From: Callorhinchus milii
Taxonomy: Eukaryota
Direction of reading: 5' to 3'
DNA: 64,000 bases
NCBI RefSeq assembly: GCF_018977255.1
Contig: NW_024704743.1
Location: forward strand, 13,518,001-13,582,000
Part shown: positions 1 through 13,300 of the stretch, in pieces
How positions within the stretch are numbered: position 1 is the first letter of the stretch
Layout: the number at the start of each line of letters is the position of its first letter
Position numbers and translations under genes: made by a program
The notes under the pieces: generated by a model
The model's input: only the letters and a program-made list of their open reading frames with translations
Databases searched by the model: none
What the model was told of the DNA's origin: nothing

Positions 1-139
1 CGGGGAGGGGTAGTGAAGGACACAGAAAGATTTTTCACTGGGGAAAGAGGGAGCTCTCTGTGAGGAAACTGTACGTCGCGTATCTCGGTGTTTATCCTCA
101 GTCCCTCCCCCCGCAGCACTCTGATCACCATGAAACACT

Positions 140-762
140 GCCCTCACTTCTCTCTCCCTCTCTCTCCCTCCATTCTCTCACGCTTTTTATTCTCTCTCTC
201 CCCCTCTCCCTAATGTTCTCTCTCTCACAAACATTCCCTCTCCTCTCTCTCACGCACGCTCTCGTGCACATTCTCTCCCCTCTCACACACTCTCAATCAC
301 TCCTTCTCTCGGCTCTCTCCCTATGTTTCTTTTTCTGCCACCTCTCCCTCAATCACTCTCTCTCCCTCAATCACTCTCTCTCAATCTCCCCCCTCTCTCT
401 CTTTCACTTTCACACACAGACACACTCTCTCGCCCTCTCAATCACCCTCTTCCCCCCTCTCACACTTTCTCTCACTACTCTCTTTCTCCCCTCCCACACT
501 CTCAATCTCTCTCTACTCTCCACCTCTCAGTCACTATCTCCCCCTCTCTGTCAATCACTCTCTGCCTCCTCTCTCACACAGTCTCCCTCTCTCACTCAAT
601 CACTGTCTCTCCCCCTCCCAACCATTCTGTTGTCCTCTCTCCCCCCTCTCACAGTCTCTCTCTCTTTCAATCTCTCCATCTCCCCCTTCCGCTTTCTCCC
701 CCTCTCCCTCTCGCCATTCCCTTTCTCTCAATCCCCCTCCCTCCCTCTCCTCCCTCTCTCCC
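140..762. repeat. (CT)-rich polypyrimidine low-complexity tract
   Basis: About 620 bp of degenerate TC/CA repeats. Confidence 0.9.
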
Positions 763-1349
763 ATGAACGTGTAGTGACTTTAGAGAAAAATGAGGGAAGT
801 TTGGGGTGACTGTGCATATGAACATATCCTGAAGACAGATGAAACTGACTTTGTTCTCTAATCTCCCACTGTTGCCTTCTTTTGGCTTACATCATCAACA
901 CCTCTGTGATCTCAGCATCTCCTGTCCTCCCATCTATTTTTTTCCTTTTTCTTTCCCCACTCCCTTCTCTGTTTGTCCTTATAATCTGCTCCCTTTCAAC
1001 TTCCCCCAGTTCTGACAAAAGGTGATCGACCTGAAATGTTAACTCACTTTTCTCTCTCCATAGATGCTGTCGACCCACAACAACAACAAAATTACAATTA
1101 TAGAGCAACTTTCACGTCGAGAGGACGTCCCAAAGTCACTCCCAAAGACTTACTGAATGTTCTCAGCGACTTCCGTATAATACATAAATATAGTTTTCTA
1201 TATTCTAATCCTACATTTACACCTACACCCAGAATCAATATTCCTACCCCTCATCACTCACCTGCATCTTGTGAGCCCTGCCATTCTTATTCCTGCCACT
1301 GAGAATGGGCTCTGAATTCCACTGCTCATCATACAGGATACAATACAGC

Positions 1350-1810
1350 GCAAAATGACATTTGTAAAACGCCTTTCATGTCGGAAGGACATCCCAAGAC
1401 ACTGAACAGTCAGGGGTTAGGACCCGAGTGGCATGTGGGGATTGCGATCAGGGAGGGTGGAGGGCAGAGAGGCTGAAGGCCTGACTGCCGATGGTGGAAC
1501 GGGCCAGGCAGGCATAGAGCAGGCTGGACCCTGCTGAGCGGAGGGAGCGGACAGGTTGATAAGGGGTGAGCAGGTCAGAGAGGTAGGAGGGGGTAAGGCC
1601 GTGGAAGGCCTTGAAGGTGAGGACGAGAATTTTGAATTCTATTCTCTGAGGGATGAGAAGCCAGTGGAGCCGGGCGAGGGTGGGGGTGATGGGGTCACAG
1701 AGCCTGGTGCAGGAGAGGACATGAGCTGCAGAGTTCTGGGTGATCTGCAGCTTGTGGAGGGAAGAGTTGGGAAAGCCGACAAGCAGGATGTTGGCATAGT
1801 CGAAGATAAA
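1350..1810 (-). mobile_element. L2 3' fragment
   Basis: Reverse complement resembles the 3' part of the 31-33 kb L2. Confidence 0.8.
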
Positions 1811-3729
1811 TAATAATAATAATAATAATACTAGAGGATACTGAGATAATAGCCTCAGTTACCAGTCAGAATGAGCACAGCATACAGTGTCACCTTTCCA
1901 TAGTATCAGACAATACAAAAAGCTACCAGCATATAATAATAATAATAATCCTTGCATTTGATATAGCGGCTTATCATGCCATTGAAACACCTCAAAGCGC
2001 TTCATAGAATAGACTGTAAAGCGTAGATTGTATATTTTGTGGGCAGAATGTGGCAGACAATTGCACAAATAGTCGTGAATTGAGTGACCATAATAATAAA
2101 ATAATTATTTAAAATTAATGTTTTAAGGGATTATCAAATGTCTTATTTACTATCTATAGTGATACAAATGCAACAGTGATACTATTGTCGCATTAGTGTC
2201 AGATACTATATATAGTATGTAAGATAGAATCACATTAAGTCGAGTTTGGGATGACTGGGCACATGAACAGATCCTGAAGACAGATGAAGCTGACTTCTTT
2301 TTTTGTTCATTGCCAAGTCAGAATGTAATATTAGCCATGGTGCTTTCCAGTTTCATTATACACCACTGCAACCAGCAGCCACAAAGTGAAGCCTCTCATT
2401 AGAGAAAAAGATTCCCAGACCAGGATGTTTCCCAAAGGAGTCTGATGTTAACCTCTAGTGCTGCACCAGCTAAGCAAGACAGTCTGGAGTACAAAGATCA
2501 ATTTTCACTGATATGTTGAAGGATTTTGATGGTGGGGGAGAGGGCAGTTTTATTTTATATATATATATATTATACCACATTATAGACCCTGAGATTTATC
2601 ACTGAAAGCAAGAGGTGCTCCTTCCAGCATACGCCAATGCTGCATTCATACTGCACATTCTGGTATTCTGGAAGGATGAGATAAAATAGACCAAAGGACT
2701 CTCCTCACCCGAGTCCCTCTTGTATCTTGTGACTTGACAGTAAATCACATGAAGTCACCATACTCACAGCAATTGCTCTAAAGTTCATTAAGATATTTTG
2801 ATGTGATAAGCTGCCATAAAAAAGTAAGTTATTTCTTTTCCGAGTGCTACTGTATTGTGCTGCTGCAGTGGATTTTTACAATCCGCTGCTGGATTTCTGT
2901 TAGTGCTTCAGTTAAGGGAGTTTTCTGACTGCTCATCTGTAAGTGTATATATTGCTGGCTGCTCAAATAGAAAAGAAAACGTCAAATGTTTTGTGAATAT
3001 CAGAGGGCTGCTGACATTGTACTTAATGAGGATTGTGTTTGAGCCAACATGTCACTTCTGCTTAGTGCTGGGTCCAAAAAGACTCACCAAATTCCAGATT
3101 CATGAATTGGAGACATTGTTTAAAAAAAACCAACATTTTCATGTTGAGACTATCCTGAGTGAAGTGTGCTATATAAATGCAAGTTGTTGTCGCTGGACTG
3201 TTTCAACCCGACAGACAAATAATGACTAATACAACAATCAGCCAATTGTTAGGGATGGGTCTAAATAAAATAAGTTGAATTTCCTGCACATTTTGTGCTA
3301 AAACATGTGCAATAAGGCTGTATTGCAAGTGCCATCTCTATTTCAATGATACTTTAAAGTTTAAAATTTCTTCACAGTATAACTCAATTGAAATTACCAT
3401 TCGATTTGATACTAGACTGGTCAAAAATAATACATAGGCCACTGACAATGTCCTTATGACAACTTTTTCAGGACTTTTCTGCAGCCATTTTTAAGGATAG
3501 AATTAGATTTGATTTGGAATTGATTAACATACTTCAAACACACAATGCCGATCCTTAGGCCCAGCTCTCTGAATTCACAAAGAAACTGAATGTATTTTGG
3601 AAAAGAAGTACTTAATCTGCTTAGTATGTATTTAACTCAGAACAATGTATGATAATCATTCTTGTAACCATATGGACAGCTCTGTCCTTTTCCATAGGTA
3701 AGTACTTAAGAGACTTCCCCGTATCAGAA

Positions 3730-4150
3730 ACTTTGACTCAAATAGTTTAGGCTGACACTCCAGTATAGTGCTGGGGTGTATTGCATTGTTGGAGGTGCTG
3801 TTCTTTGAATGAGTCATAGGTCCAAATCCCTAATCCCTGAGGTCCTCCTGATATGAAAGGCGCTATAAAAATATTATTTAGTATTGTATTGTAATAAGGT
3901 CCCATCTGCCTGTTCAAGTGGACATTAAAGATCTTGTGACCCTATTCAGAAAGATAAAGGAATTTCTCCCATGTCCTGGTTCTGGTTAACAATTCCCCAG
4001 ATTCACTTCTTGGCTGTTTGTGGACACTGCTTTACTCAAATTGGCTGCCACATTTGCCTAAAACAAAAACAATCATTACACTTTACACTGAAGTACTTTG
4101 AGACATCCTCCCAATGTGAAAGGCACTATATCAAATGTAAGGATTATTAA
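3730..4150 (+). mobile_element. Older Deu-domain SINE (SacSINE1/AmnSINE1-like)
   Basis: GGCTGACACTCCAGT..GGAGGTGC..GTGGACATTAAAGATC..GCTGTTTGTGG resembles the recalled Deu core, with an L2-like tail. Confidence 0.7.
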
Positions 4151-7100
4151 TTTTATTTTCTCTCGGAAAGCTCTGTGGATTACGCTAGGTTTCAGTGCAA
4201 TTAGAAAAAAACTTTGCAATAAGTGCCTTAGAGTACATATAATAATTTGCATTTGGTAACAATAGGATTCAATATTTGAAGCTATCGGTGCGTACCAGAG
4301 TTCCACAATAGGCAGAGCAATGCTGGATAAACAGGAAGAATATGAATAGATATACAGTAACATGCAAATAACAAGTTACTACAAATAGTTACTACACATA
4401 GTAGCATGCAAAGCAAATAGCAATTTGACACCCAGACCAAGAAAAATTCCACATAATAGTTGGAGCACTATTACAAATAACAGTTTGGGTGAAACAAATC
4501 TCAATTCCAGCAAAGTTATTTAGGAGTTTATAAAAAGGCCATTGTGCCCATCAACTGGCACTATGGTTGTTGGCCCTATGTAGTACATACAGTACCTTCT
4601 CCCCTACTCCTAATTGCCTGCCTTCTCTTCATATCCTTTGATATTGGTTCTATTTATGGAATTTCTTAATGGGATTTCTTAATAAGGAAGTCAACCTGTT
4701 AACCCAAGGGAACTCTGTTAACCCCTGGAAATAGATTGCAAGCGCTTTGAGATGTTCTCCTGACGTGACAGGTGCTATATGAATGTAAATTGTATTGGAG
4801 TGGAGTTCCCGTGGGAAGTATTTCTACTTCCCAAGTATCTAAGTTGTGGCACAGTTTTTGCATATTGTCCAGGTGACTGGATATTCATTGAAAATGCAGT
4901 TATTCTCGTTTTCAATTATTACAGCCTTTTTTGTGTGTTGCATCCGTATTTGAGAGTCAATAGATTACTGGAAGAAATTGGTAGCTGTCACCTAAAAGTA
5001 GAGGTATTTTCAATTTGTTGGCTCTATGTTGCTCTAAGTTGGATGTCCCACCATCCTATTGCAATGCTGCTCAGAGATCTGGTTCTCTTCCAATGGAATT
5101 TCATGTTCTGCAGTAGACTAATGTAAGACACAAGATGACAAATAATTGGGACTTATTTTTCTGGCTATGTACAGATTTTTAAGATGTAACAAAGTTTTAT
5201 TAAAGATATTTGGTAGAATCTTTAATCACATTTATACTATTCATTGTCCATGGCTTTGAATTGATTTTTTGACAAAACAAAGTAGAAATACAGTTTCTTA
5301 TATGCTGATTTTTCCAATGGTTGATTTCCAATTTAATGTTTGCAGGCAATTCATCTATATTCTGAGACAATTCTGTCTCTTCTCATACGGAATTTGTCAA
5401 TGGTGAAAAGAAAAAGAACTCTGGAGGCTCTAAGGAGGAGCGGTTGCTGTAGATTCAGGTATTGACAAAAGGCAATATCTCAGGGGCAGTCAACAGAACA
5501 GAAGAGCATTTGAGAGGAAGACATCTAACGCAGATAGTACCTTCACAGGTCAGCATTGAAATGGATCAGAATATCAGCTCAACATTAGGCAAGTGAGCAA
5601 GTCACAAATGAGGCATTTAGAAAGTGGTACCTTTGCACACAAACCCATCCTCAGAGATTGCCATACACCCAGTGTCCCAGTTAATGGTTTACACACATAA
5701 ATAAAGCTGGAGATCTTCACCTGGTCCAATTCAAATAGCATTAAATATCTGTATAAATGTGATGACAGTCACTAAATAATTGATGCATGATCGTTTATAA
5801 CGGTAAACACTTGTCAGTGGTTAGGTGGGATTAAGCTTCATCGTCTGCAAGACAGTACTGCCGACAAGCATTAGACTTACTCGCACATGAGCCCAATTTC
5901 AAATGTTTCATAAATCATGATTAACCTGGTGATTTTGTTCTGTAAATAGGCAGGTCAAGATCTCATTTGAAAGACAGCATCTCAGACAATGCAGCACTCC
6001 TGCAACACTGTATTGGGCAAGGGCTCCAAGACCCCCATGTGAAGGCCACGATAACAATGAAAATGATTGTTGTTGGGAGTGTCAAGTAGATTATAAACTC
6101 ATTTATCTTTCATCTATAATCCAAGATCATGATCAATTATTCAACAAAAGAACAGCAACCTAATCATTCCATGACCAGGTAGCAGAAAGGAATCATCTCC
6201 TCCAAAAAGGTTAACCATGAAAATGTTTATGGTGCTCAGGTTCTCATGCCCTGTCCAAAGATCAAGCCATTCTCCAGAATTATCTGTGTAAGTGCATAGA
6301 TGAAATGTGTCCAAATGAAAAGCAGCAAACAATTGGCCTAAGCTTCAGAAGAGTTTCAGGTTTGGCTGGACAATCTCAACAACAACAACTTGCACTTATA
6401 TAGTGTCATTCATGTGGTGTAGCGTCTCGGAGTGCTTAACAGTAGTGAAGCCTGACACCAAGCTAGGGAGAGAGGGAGGTGACCGTAGGCAAGATCAAAG
6501 TGGAAGATCTTCAGATGTGATCTAAAGATGGAGAAGGAGGAGGCAAGATGAATCTCTTCTCTAGTCCTCTAGCGATCCTGAGCTGTAATCCACACCCTTT
6601 CTACCTTGTCTGCTCTGTTATGACCCTTAGATGCTGGCTGAGTGCCAGGAGCACCACCCTTCATCTTCCTTTGTCCTTCTTCATCCAGTTCATAAGACAA
6701 AGTAATGGGCTCTTTCTTCATGATCCTCATTGTGAGTCACTCATTACTGGAGATATAAACATCTGAATTATAAACATATGGCTTTGGACTCTGTATCATT
6801 AAGGAGAGATTGTATACACAGGCTACTAAAGATGTTCTTACAAAACCGTGGGATGCAGAGAAAAGTTAAGTACAATTTTTAAGATGTGAATCATTAATTG
6901 TGCATTCAGTCATCTGTCCTCTCTCCACCTCCATCAGTTCCTATCCCCAGTTTGGGTGCCCAACCAAATACTGTTGAATGCTTTGTGACATCCTCCCGAT
7001 GTGAAATGTGCTATATAAGTGTAAATTGTATTATATTTGTGAACAGTGAATGGTGTGGAGGTATGTCAGCCAGCTGGGTGACATTACCACAGGAACCAAA

Positions 7101-8971
7101 AACATGTCCGAGAAAGAAGAGATGTTAGTCTTCCACCCATTATACTTCTTTAAAATACCAAAGAGTTTTTTTAAACCTTTGTAATAATACTTGTGCTCTT
7201 TGACAGAGACTATAATAAGAGTAATCCTTACATTTGTTATAGTGCCTTTCATGTCAGGAGGACATCCCAAAACACTTTACAGGATTTACTGTAAAGTGTA
7301 GTGACTGTGTGTTTGTGGGTGAACATAGTAACCCAAATGCAATGTCCCACAAACAGCCATGAAAAAAAATTATCACAGTACCTTGGTTTAATGTCTCATC
7401 CTAAGGATTAAGCACCATTTGCACTTGTCTTTGAAAGTAATCGTGTTAGTCTAGTCCTGCACACTATTTTCCATGAAGTACATTGCACTGAGGCAATCAA
7501 TCAGTGCACATCAATGTGATAACTAGACATCAACCTACCTAACATGTGCTCCAACAGGAATTTTACACTACTGAGCAAAACAGGAACGAACGGGACTGGA
7601 AAAGATTACTGCGGCCCATCTGACTAGGCCCGAAGTTTGAAAAGTATTACTCTATATTGTGCAGAGGACCCGGGTTCGTTTCCCGGGTGGGCAAAACCTT
7701 AGGCAAGTTTCTTTACCCTGCACACCACTGTTTATCTAGCAGTAAGTAGGAACCTGGTTGTTAATCGATTGGCTTTCTGAGAGTAATAATTCCTAAAAAT
7801 AATCAGTCCACAAAAGTTTGCTGTGTTTAACCCAGAAAATACAGTCAAATTCACTTTACAATCTATTCTGTGAAGCGCTTTGAGACGTCTCTGTGATATG
7901 ATTGGGCAAGGATTATTATCATTATACTATTATTATTTCGTACGTCTCAATAACTCCTTTTTTGACCATCTACCAGAAGAAACTAATTTTGTTTTCAAAT
8001 AGTGCCACAGTGTGTTTAATACCTTGGTATATCGTCTCATCAGACAAAATGCACTTCGGACAATGTGCTATGAGTAATAACCTCACATTTTCTCCTGAGC
8101 ACAAATGTGAAGCATCTAATTTGCATTTAAAGCTGGACACAACATTGACATTACTTTCAGGATTTGCTGGAATTGCCTGTCAGAGAACAAAGTTAAATGC
8201 AGTTAACCTTGTGGATTTGCAGTGAAACTCGCCTCATTAATCTGATTGACTGCAAGTACAAGAGATATACAGCAAAGGCTATTGCTGTTGGCATGGAAAC
8301 ACACGAAAGATTTTTCCTTCAGTAGGTCAGTCATTAGAAATTCTCTAGAAATGCTCCAGAAATAAGTGTGATTCATTCTAAGGCAATGGGGAAGCTCTTT
8401 CATACTGATATTTCTTCCCACTCTATCATTTGAAAGGCAGTCTTGACCTTTGTATATTTTGGAGACATTTATACCAAAATAAACTACTGTAATATAATAA
8501 AGTGAGAGTTTTTTACTCAATGGCAGGGATGTGCTTGGTGGGGGAAGTTCTATTCTGCGGTGGTTTTTCTTTTAAAAACAGTAAGCTTCAGTATCATCAA
8601 TTTAATAAGGGTTATTAAGCTCTAATATATTTATGAGAGAATAAGCTGTGAGAGGTGTTCTCCCTCTCTCATAATGACTGCCAGTGTGAGGGAGGGCCCT
8701 GAGCAATAGTCGAAAGAGGCGTAAATCAGAGCAGTCCTCCTTGAGCTTGGATGTCTAGAATTTTTCAAAACTACTACAATTAAAAAATACATTAACCAGT
8801 TGCTTTAGCATTCACTAATCCAGCCAGTCAATGCTCCCCATTGACTGAAATATAGCATTGTCTCTGCCGAGTTCTGACAAAAGGTTGAATGAACCGTTGA
8901 CTCACTTTCCTCTCTCCATAGATGCTGCCTGACCTGCTGAGTGTTCCCGGCGACTTCTGTTTTTATTTCAG

Positions 8972-9272
8972 ATAATAATCCTTGCATTTGATATAGCGCT
9001 TTTCACGTATTCTAGACATCTCAAAGCGTTTCACAGAATATACTGTAAAGTGAGTTGACTGTATATTTGTGGGCGAAACGCGGCAGCCGATTGCACACAG
9101 CAGTGTCCCACAAACAATCGTGGATTGAAGTGACCAATTTTATTACTTTTTTTTCTTGAGGGATTATTATTAGGCGTGTGGAGTAAGGAAACTTGCCCAA
9201 GGTTTCGCTCTGTTGGGAATCAAACCCAGGTCTCTTGCTTGCAAGGCGAGTGCTTTAACCACTGAGCTACAG
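8972..9272 (-). mobile_element. Young tRNA-headed SINE
   Basis: Reverse complement of the 15178 family. Confidence 0.88.
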
Positions 9273-10754
9273 CTTGTTATGCATTTTGTACCATTGCCTC
9301 AGTGTGTTCCAGGATGCCATGTGACATTTGCAACCACAGGCAAAACTGGAGGAACTAAGGAACCCTCATAAAAATTTGAGAAGACAGGGAACGTGAAAGG
9401 CCATTTGGTCCATTAAGCCTGCTCCTTCAACTTCAACCATGCAAAACCTGCCTTATCATGGTGTGAGGTATTGTAGCAAGAGGGGAATAAAAGTTAAAAC
9501 AAGAATTAAAGTTAAAAGACTTAAAATAAAAAAACACTACTGAGAGATGAATTTGGGTTCAAGTTGATGGGTCACAGTGGCTGTCACCTGAGGGACAGAT
9601 ATTTTTACATAGTTTGTTATGTTGAAAATCACTTAGCTTATCAATATATTAGCACTGGGCAAATGGTAGTGTGTTCGACTAGCGTAAAGGAGGCCTGATG
9701 GATGAAATAGATTGGAACCTCTAAGTGTGAACTAACCATAAGTGAAATGGTTTTATGACTCCAAAGTGTCAAGATTAAGCAACTAGATGAACCTTTGACA
9801 CTTGGTACCAGGGGTCTCAAGGGATGTGAAGGAATGATTGGATAAACCAGTTTGGGAATATGATTGGACAAAATAATCTTTGAATTCCAGTTTTGGTTGT
9901 AAAGATCACATGGACTAAATTGAGGTATAAAGGAGGGGGCATTGAGCTATTTTGGAAAAAGAGTAAGATTCAAAGTTGGATTATTACCTGAATTAACGCT
10001 ACTAACACAACTCCGATTCTTAAACTTTCCCAGAAGAAGTAAAATTGGATTAGGTCTTCTCTTCTGTATTTCCCAAGAGGTCTTTGTGTAGGGAGGATCA
10101 GTAGGCATGGTACTTATTAAAGTATAATATTTCATGATTTATTAAAGTTTGGCTAAACTCAATACTGGTAAAATATTTTGAAAGTATTGCCGATGTGCTA
10201 TATTTGTTGTTTTTGTGTTGCTGTGCCACATTTGGGAAAGTTATTGTTTACTGGTACTTGTAGGAATAAATGAAAATAATTTAAGAGAAATAAAGTGTTG
10301 TGTTCTGTGAGATCACTTTGACTGGGCTCATATCTTAAACAAAAATGAGAAGTGAAGATCCTGACTTTCAGAGTACACCTGGAAGGAGCATGTAATTCAC
10401 ACATAAAGAAAAGAGATAAGAATACCATGACAATGGAATTTACTCCACATACTCTCTCTCTATCTCTCTCCCTGAGGCAAAGATCTCGTTAGATACTCTC
10501 TCAAAGGTAATCAGGCAAAAGTCACAAAATTTTCACTGATCCTCTCACCAACCCTATTCAAACCTTAGCCTAACTTGCTCCTTTCCCCGGCCCCACTCAC
10601 AGAGAATCCAGCATGCGTCCCTTCATCTCAGATGGTAATGCCCCTATTGCCTCCACTGTTATTCCTAAAATACACTTATCCATGCAAGTTCAGCTGCTTT
10701 TGTTGGGAGTCATCTTCACACAGCTACCACTCTGAAATCTACCACTTGCCATAT

Positions 10755-11085
10755 CAACCTGTCTGCTCCCTCCACTCAACAGGCTCTGCCCTGCTCCACG
10801 TCCCCCGCCTGATCCGCCCCATCATCGGCAGTCAGGCCTTCAGCCTCCTTGCCCCCACCTTAGGAACTCCATCCCACAATCCCTTCATCTTACTCCCTCC
10901 CCTGCCTCCTTCAAGGCACGTCTCAAGACCCTCCTCTTCGACCACGCCTTCAGCCACCCTCCTACCCCTACCCTCCAACCCTCCTGATTCCACCCCTTGT
11001 TCGGGTCCAATTCTTTGACTGTCTAGCGCCTTTGGATGTCCTCCCGATGTGAAAGGCGCTATACAAATGTAATTTGTTGTTTTTG
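10755..11085 (+). mobile_element. L2 3' fragment
   Basis: IGSQAFSLLAPTL..-type L2 ORF2 C-terminus and TTG tail. Confidence 0.8.
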
Positions 11086-12929
11086 AGCATCCAGAATTTG
11101 GCAAATTGTTGAATTCAGTCTTAACTTGAAAGTTGTTTTTCTACAGTTCTTAAAAGAACTTACATAAAAATAGCTTCAAATCTAAAGCTGTATTTATTCT
11201 TATGCAAATCTAATTCCAAGTCCTGTTTTAAGATTTTTAGTTTGAATCTAAACCCTCCAGTTCTGCTCTCTCAGTCTTAGTTAAAAGCCTGTCATCTGTG
11301 TCTCTCATCATTTTAAAGATCAGGATCTTGCCTCTGCTATCACTACCAGTGACAGTGAAAGTCACCTCCTCTTTCACCTCTTCTGCCGCTGGGATCTTCC
11401 AGGCACTCACAGAGGGCATATCAGAAATCAGATGGTTTCCTGTGTTCTGTTGTAATAAGGATGTTTGGTTAATGCTAGTATTAAAGCAGCTCGGTTGATG
11501 TTGGTAATAAGGATGCATGCACAATAGCAGCCAACAGCAGCAGACTAGCCACTGCAGACTGAGAGTCAAGCTCAGTGGATCTCATTGCCCATTTGTTCCA
11601 AAGAACTTTGGACATTGTATTATTTTGTATTATTTGCAATGACAGAAGTGTTATATGAAATCCTTATTTAGTTTCCGTTTCATGCTGCATACCTTTTCTA
11701 CAATTGGCTTTTGAGCATTTCACTTAGGCAACATCTAAAGAATGGAAGATGTATTAGAATGTAAATGTGCTAATTTGGCACAAAATTGCAAAATAACCAG
11801 GCACAGAAGAGTTCTTGCATCTCTCTCCTAGTCTTATGGAAGTACAGACATACAGACTGTTGAAAATTGGTTGGAGAGGAAACTAAAGATCTGAACAGGA
11901 AGTAAAGGCAGACCACCAACCAGTGCTTTAACAGAGAGTGAAGCCAAATCACAAGCCATCAGCTACAGAGGATTCACAGGAGAAGCAGAACGATACAAGC
12001 ATGCATCTCAAAAGAGAAAGATTTCTGTGCCTTTCAAGTCCAAACAGAATTTTTAGGTTCTGAACTCAACAACAACTTGCATTTATATAGCGGTGTCATG
12101 CAGGACAGGGTCTTGGAGCAAGCTCTGTATAACCAGCGCAATATACCTATTCTGATACTGATCAATCAGAATGGAGTTGGGCTTATTGCAGTTCTGAGAC
12201 AACATATTCAGCGCATTAAGTAACCTTCACATGTAGCTCATGCATTCTGGCTATAAATCTCTGGGGTATCTCCATCTCAGCACGTTGCACAGCAATTTAA
12301 TCCCTTAAACCAAACAGCATAATCAATGCAGAAGTAACATGAAGCTTCCATCAATAATAATGTGGACATTCTGCAAAACATATTAATACAGGATTTTTTT
12401 AGCAGAACATTCTAGAATCAAGTTACTTTTGATTGGAGGGAATAATGTTGAAACACAACAGTCGTAATATATAATTTGCCAGATATACATTTTTCGATGA
12501 TGCTTATAGACACTGCCAGCATTATACCTTCAGTGATTCATTGTGTAATACAATGAAGAAAATTAGCAGTCAGTGTCTGCACTCACAGTCCCCACTGGCA
12601 CCAAAACAGACCCATGAATGAATTAAGGCATCCCATAAAATCCATAGTATGTATTGAAATTAATCTTAATTTTGAAGGTGGTTTTCATAAGTTTTGTTTT
12701 AAGAACTGCACTAAAACAGCTTCAACGTTAAGACTGAATTCAACAATATATCAAACTGTCCACACTCTGAAATGTTACATAGTAAATATAAACTCCATTG
12801 GAATTTCTTCCCAAATGCGGAACTCTGCAGGTTCATACATAGATGCACGCTGCACCTCACTAAACCAGTCAGGAACCTGGTCATCTTGTTCAACCCTTAA
12901 CTGTCCTTTCTCCCCCATATCCGTTCTAT

Positions 12930-13300
12930 GACCCGCTTTGCCTTCCCCACCTCCGCAACATTGCCCAACTCTGCTGCCTCCGTTCAGCAGGAACGCGCCT
13001 GCTCCATATCTCCCACCCTGCCATCTGTGGCCAGGCTTTCAGCCTCTCTGCCGCCACCCTTTGGAACACCATCCCACAAACCTTTCGCCTTGCTCCCTCC
13101 CTTGCCTCCTTCAAGGCACGACTCAAGACCCTCCTTTTCGACCGTGCCTTCAGCCGCCCTCCTATCTCTTTGCCCTCCCTCATCCCATCCCTGCCCCCCC
13201 ACACTCCCATGCTCGGGTCCTGATCCCTGACTTTTCAGCGCCTTAGGACGCCCTCCCGACGTGAAAAGCGCTTTACAAATGTCATTTTGTTGTTGTTGTA
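12930..13300 (+). mobile_element. L2 3' fragment
   Basis: Same 3' end family with (TTG)n tail. Confidence 0.8.

Noticed and set aside
1..140. Possible 5' end or promoter of GFOD1 (divergent neighbour of SIRT5 in mammals)
   Set aside because: No GFOD1 coding sequence is visible in the window, so it cannot be supported.
60..809. 249-aa and 147-aa Leu/Ser-rich ORFs
   Set aside because: Translation of a (CT)n low-complexity tract.
5346..5458. + strand exon-like segment MVKRKRTLEALRRSGCCRFR ending in phase 2, which would join NOL7 as R|DK
   Set aside because: It is 45 kb upstream, has no CpG promoter and no acidic NOL7 motif. Phase agreement alone is a one-in-three coincidence.
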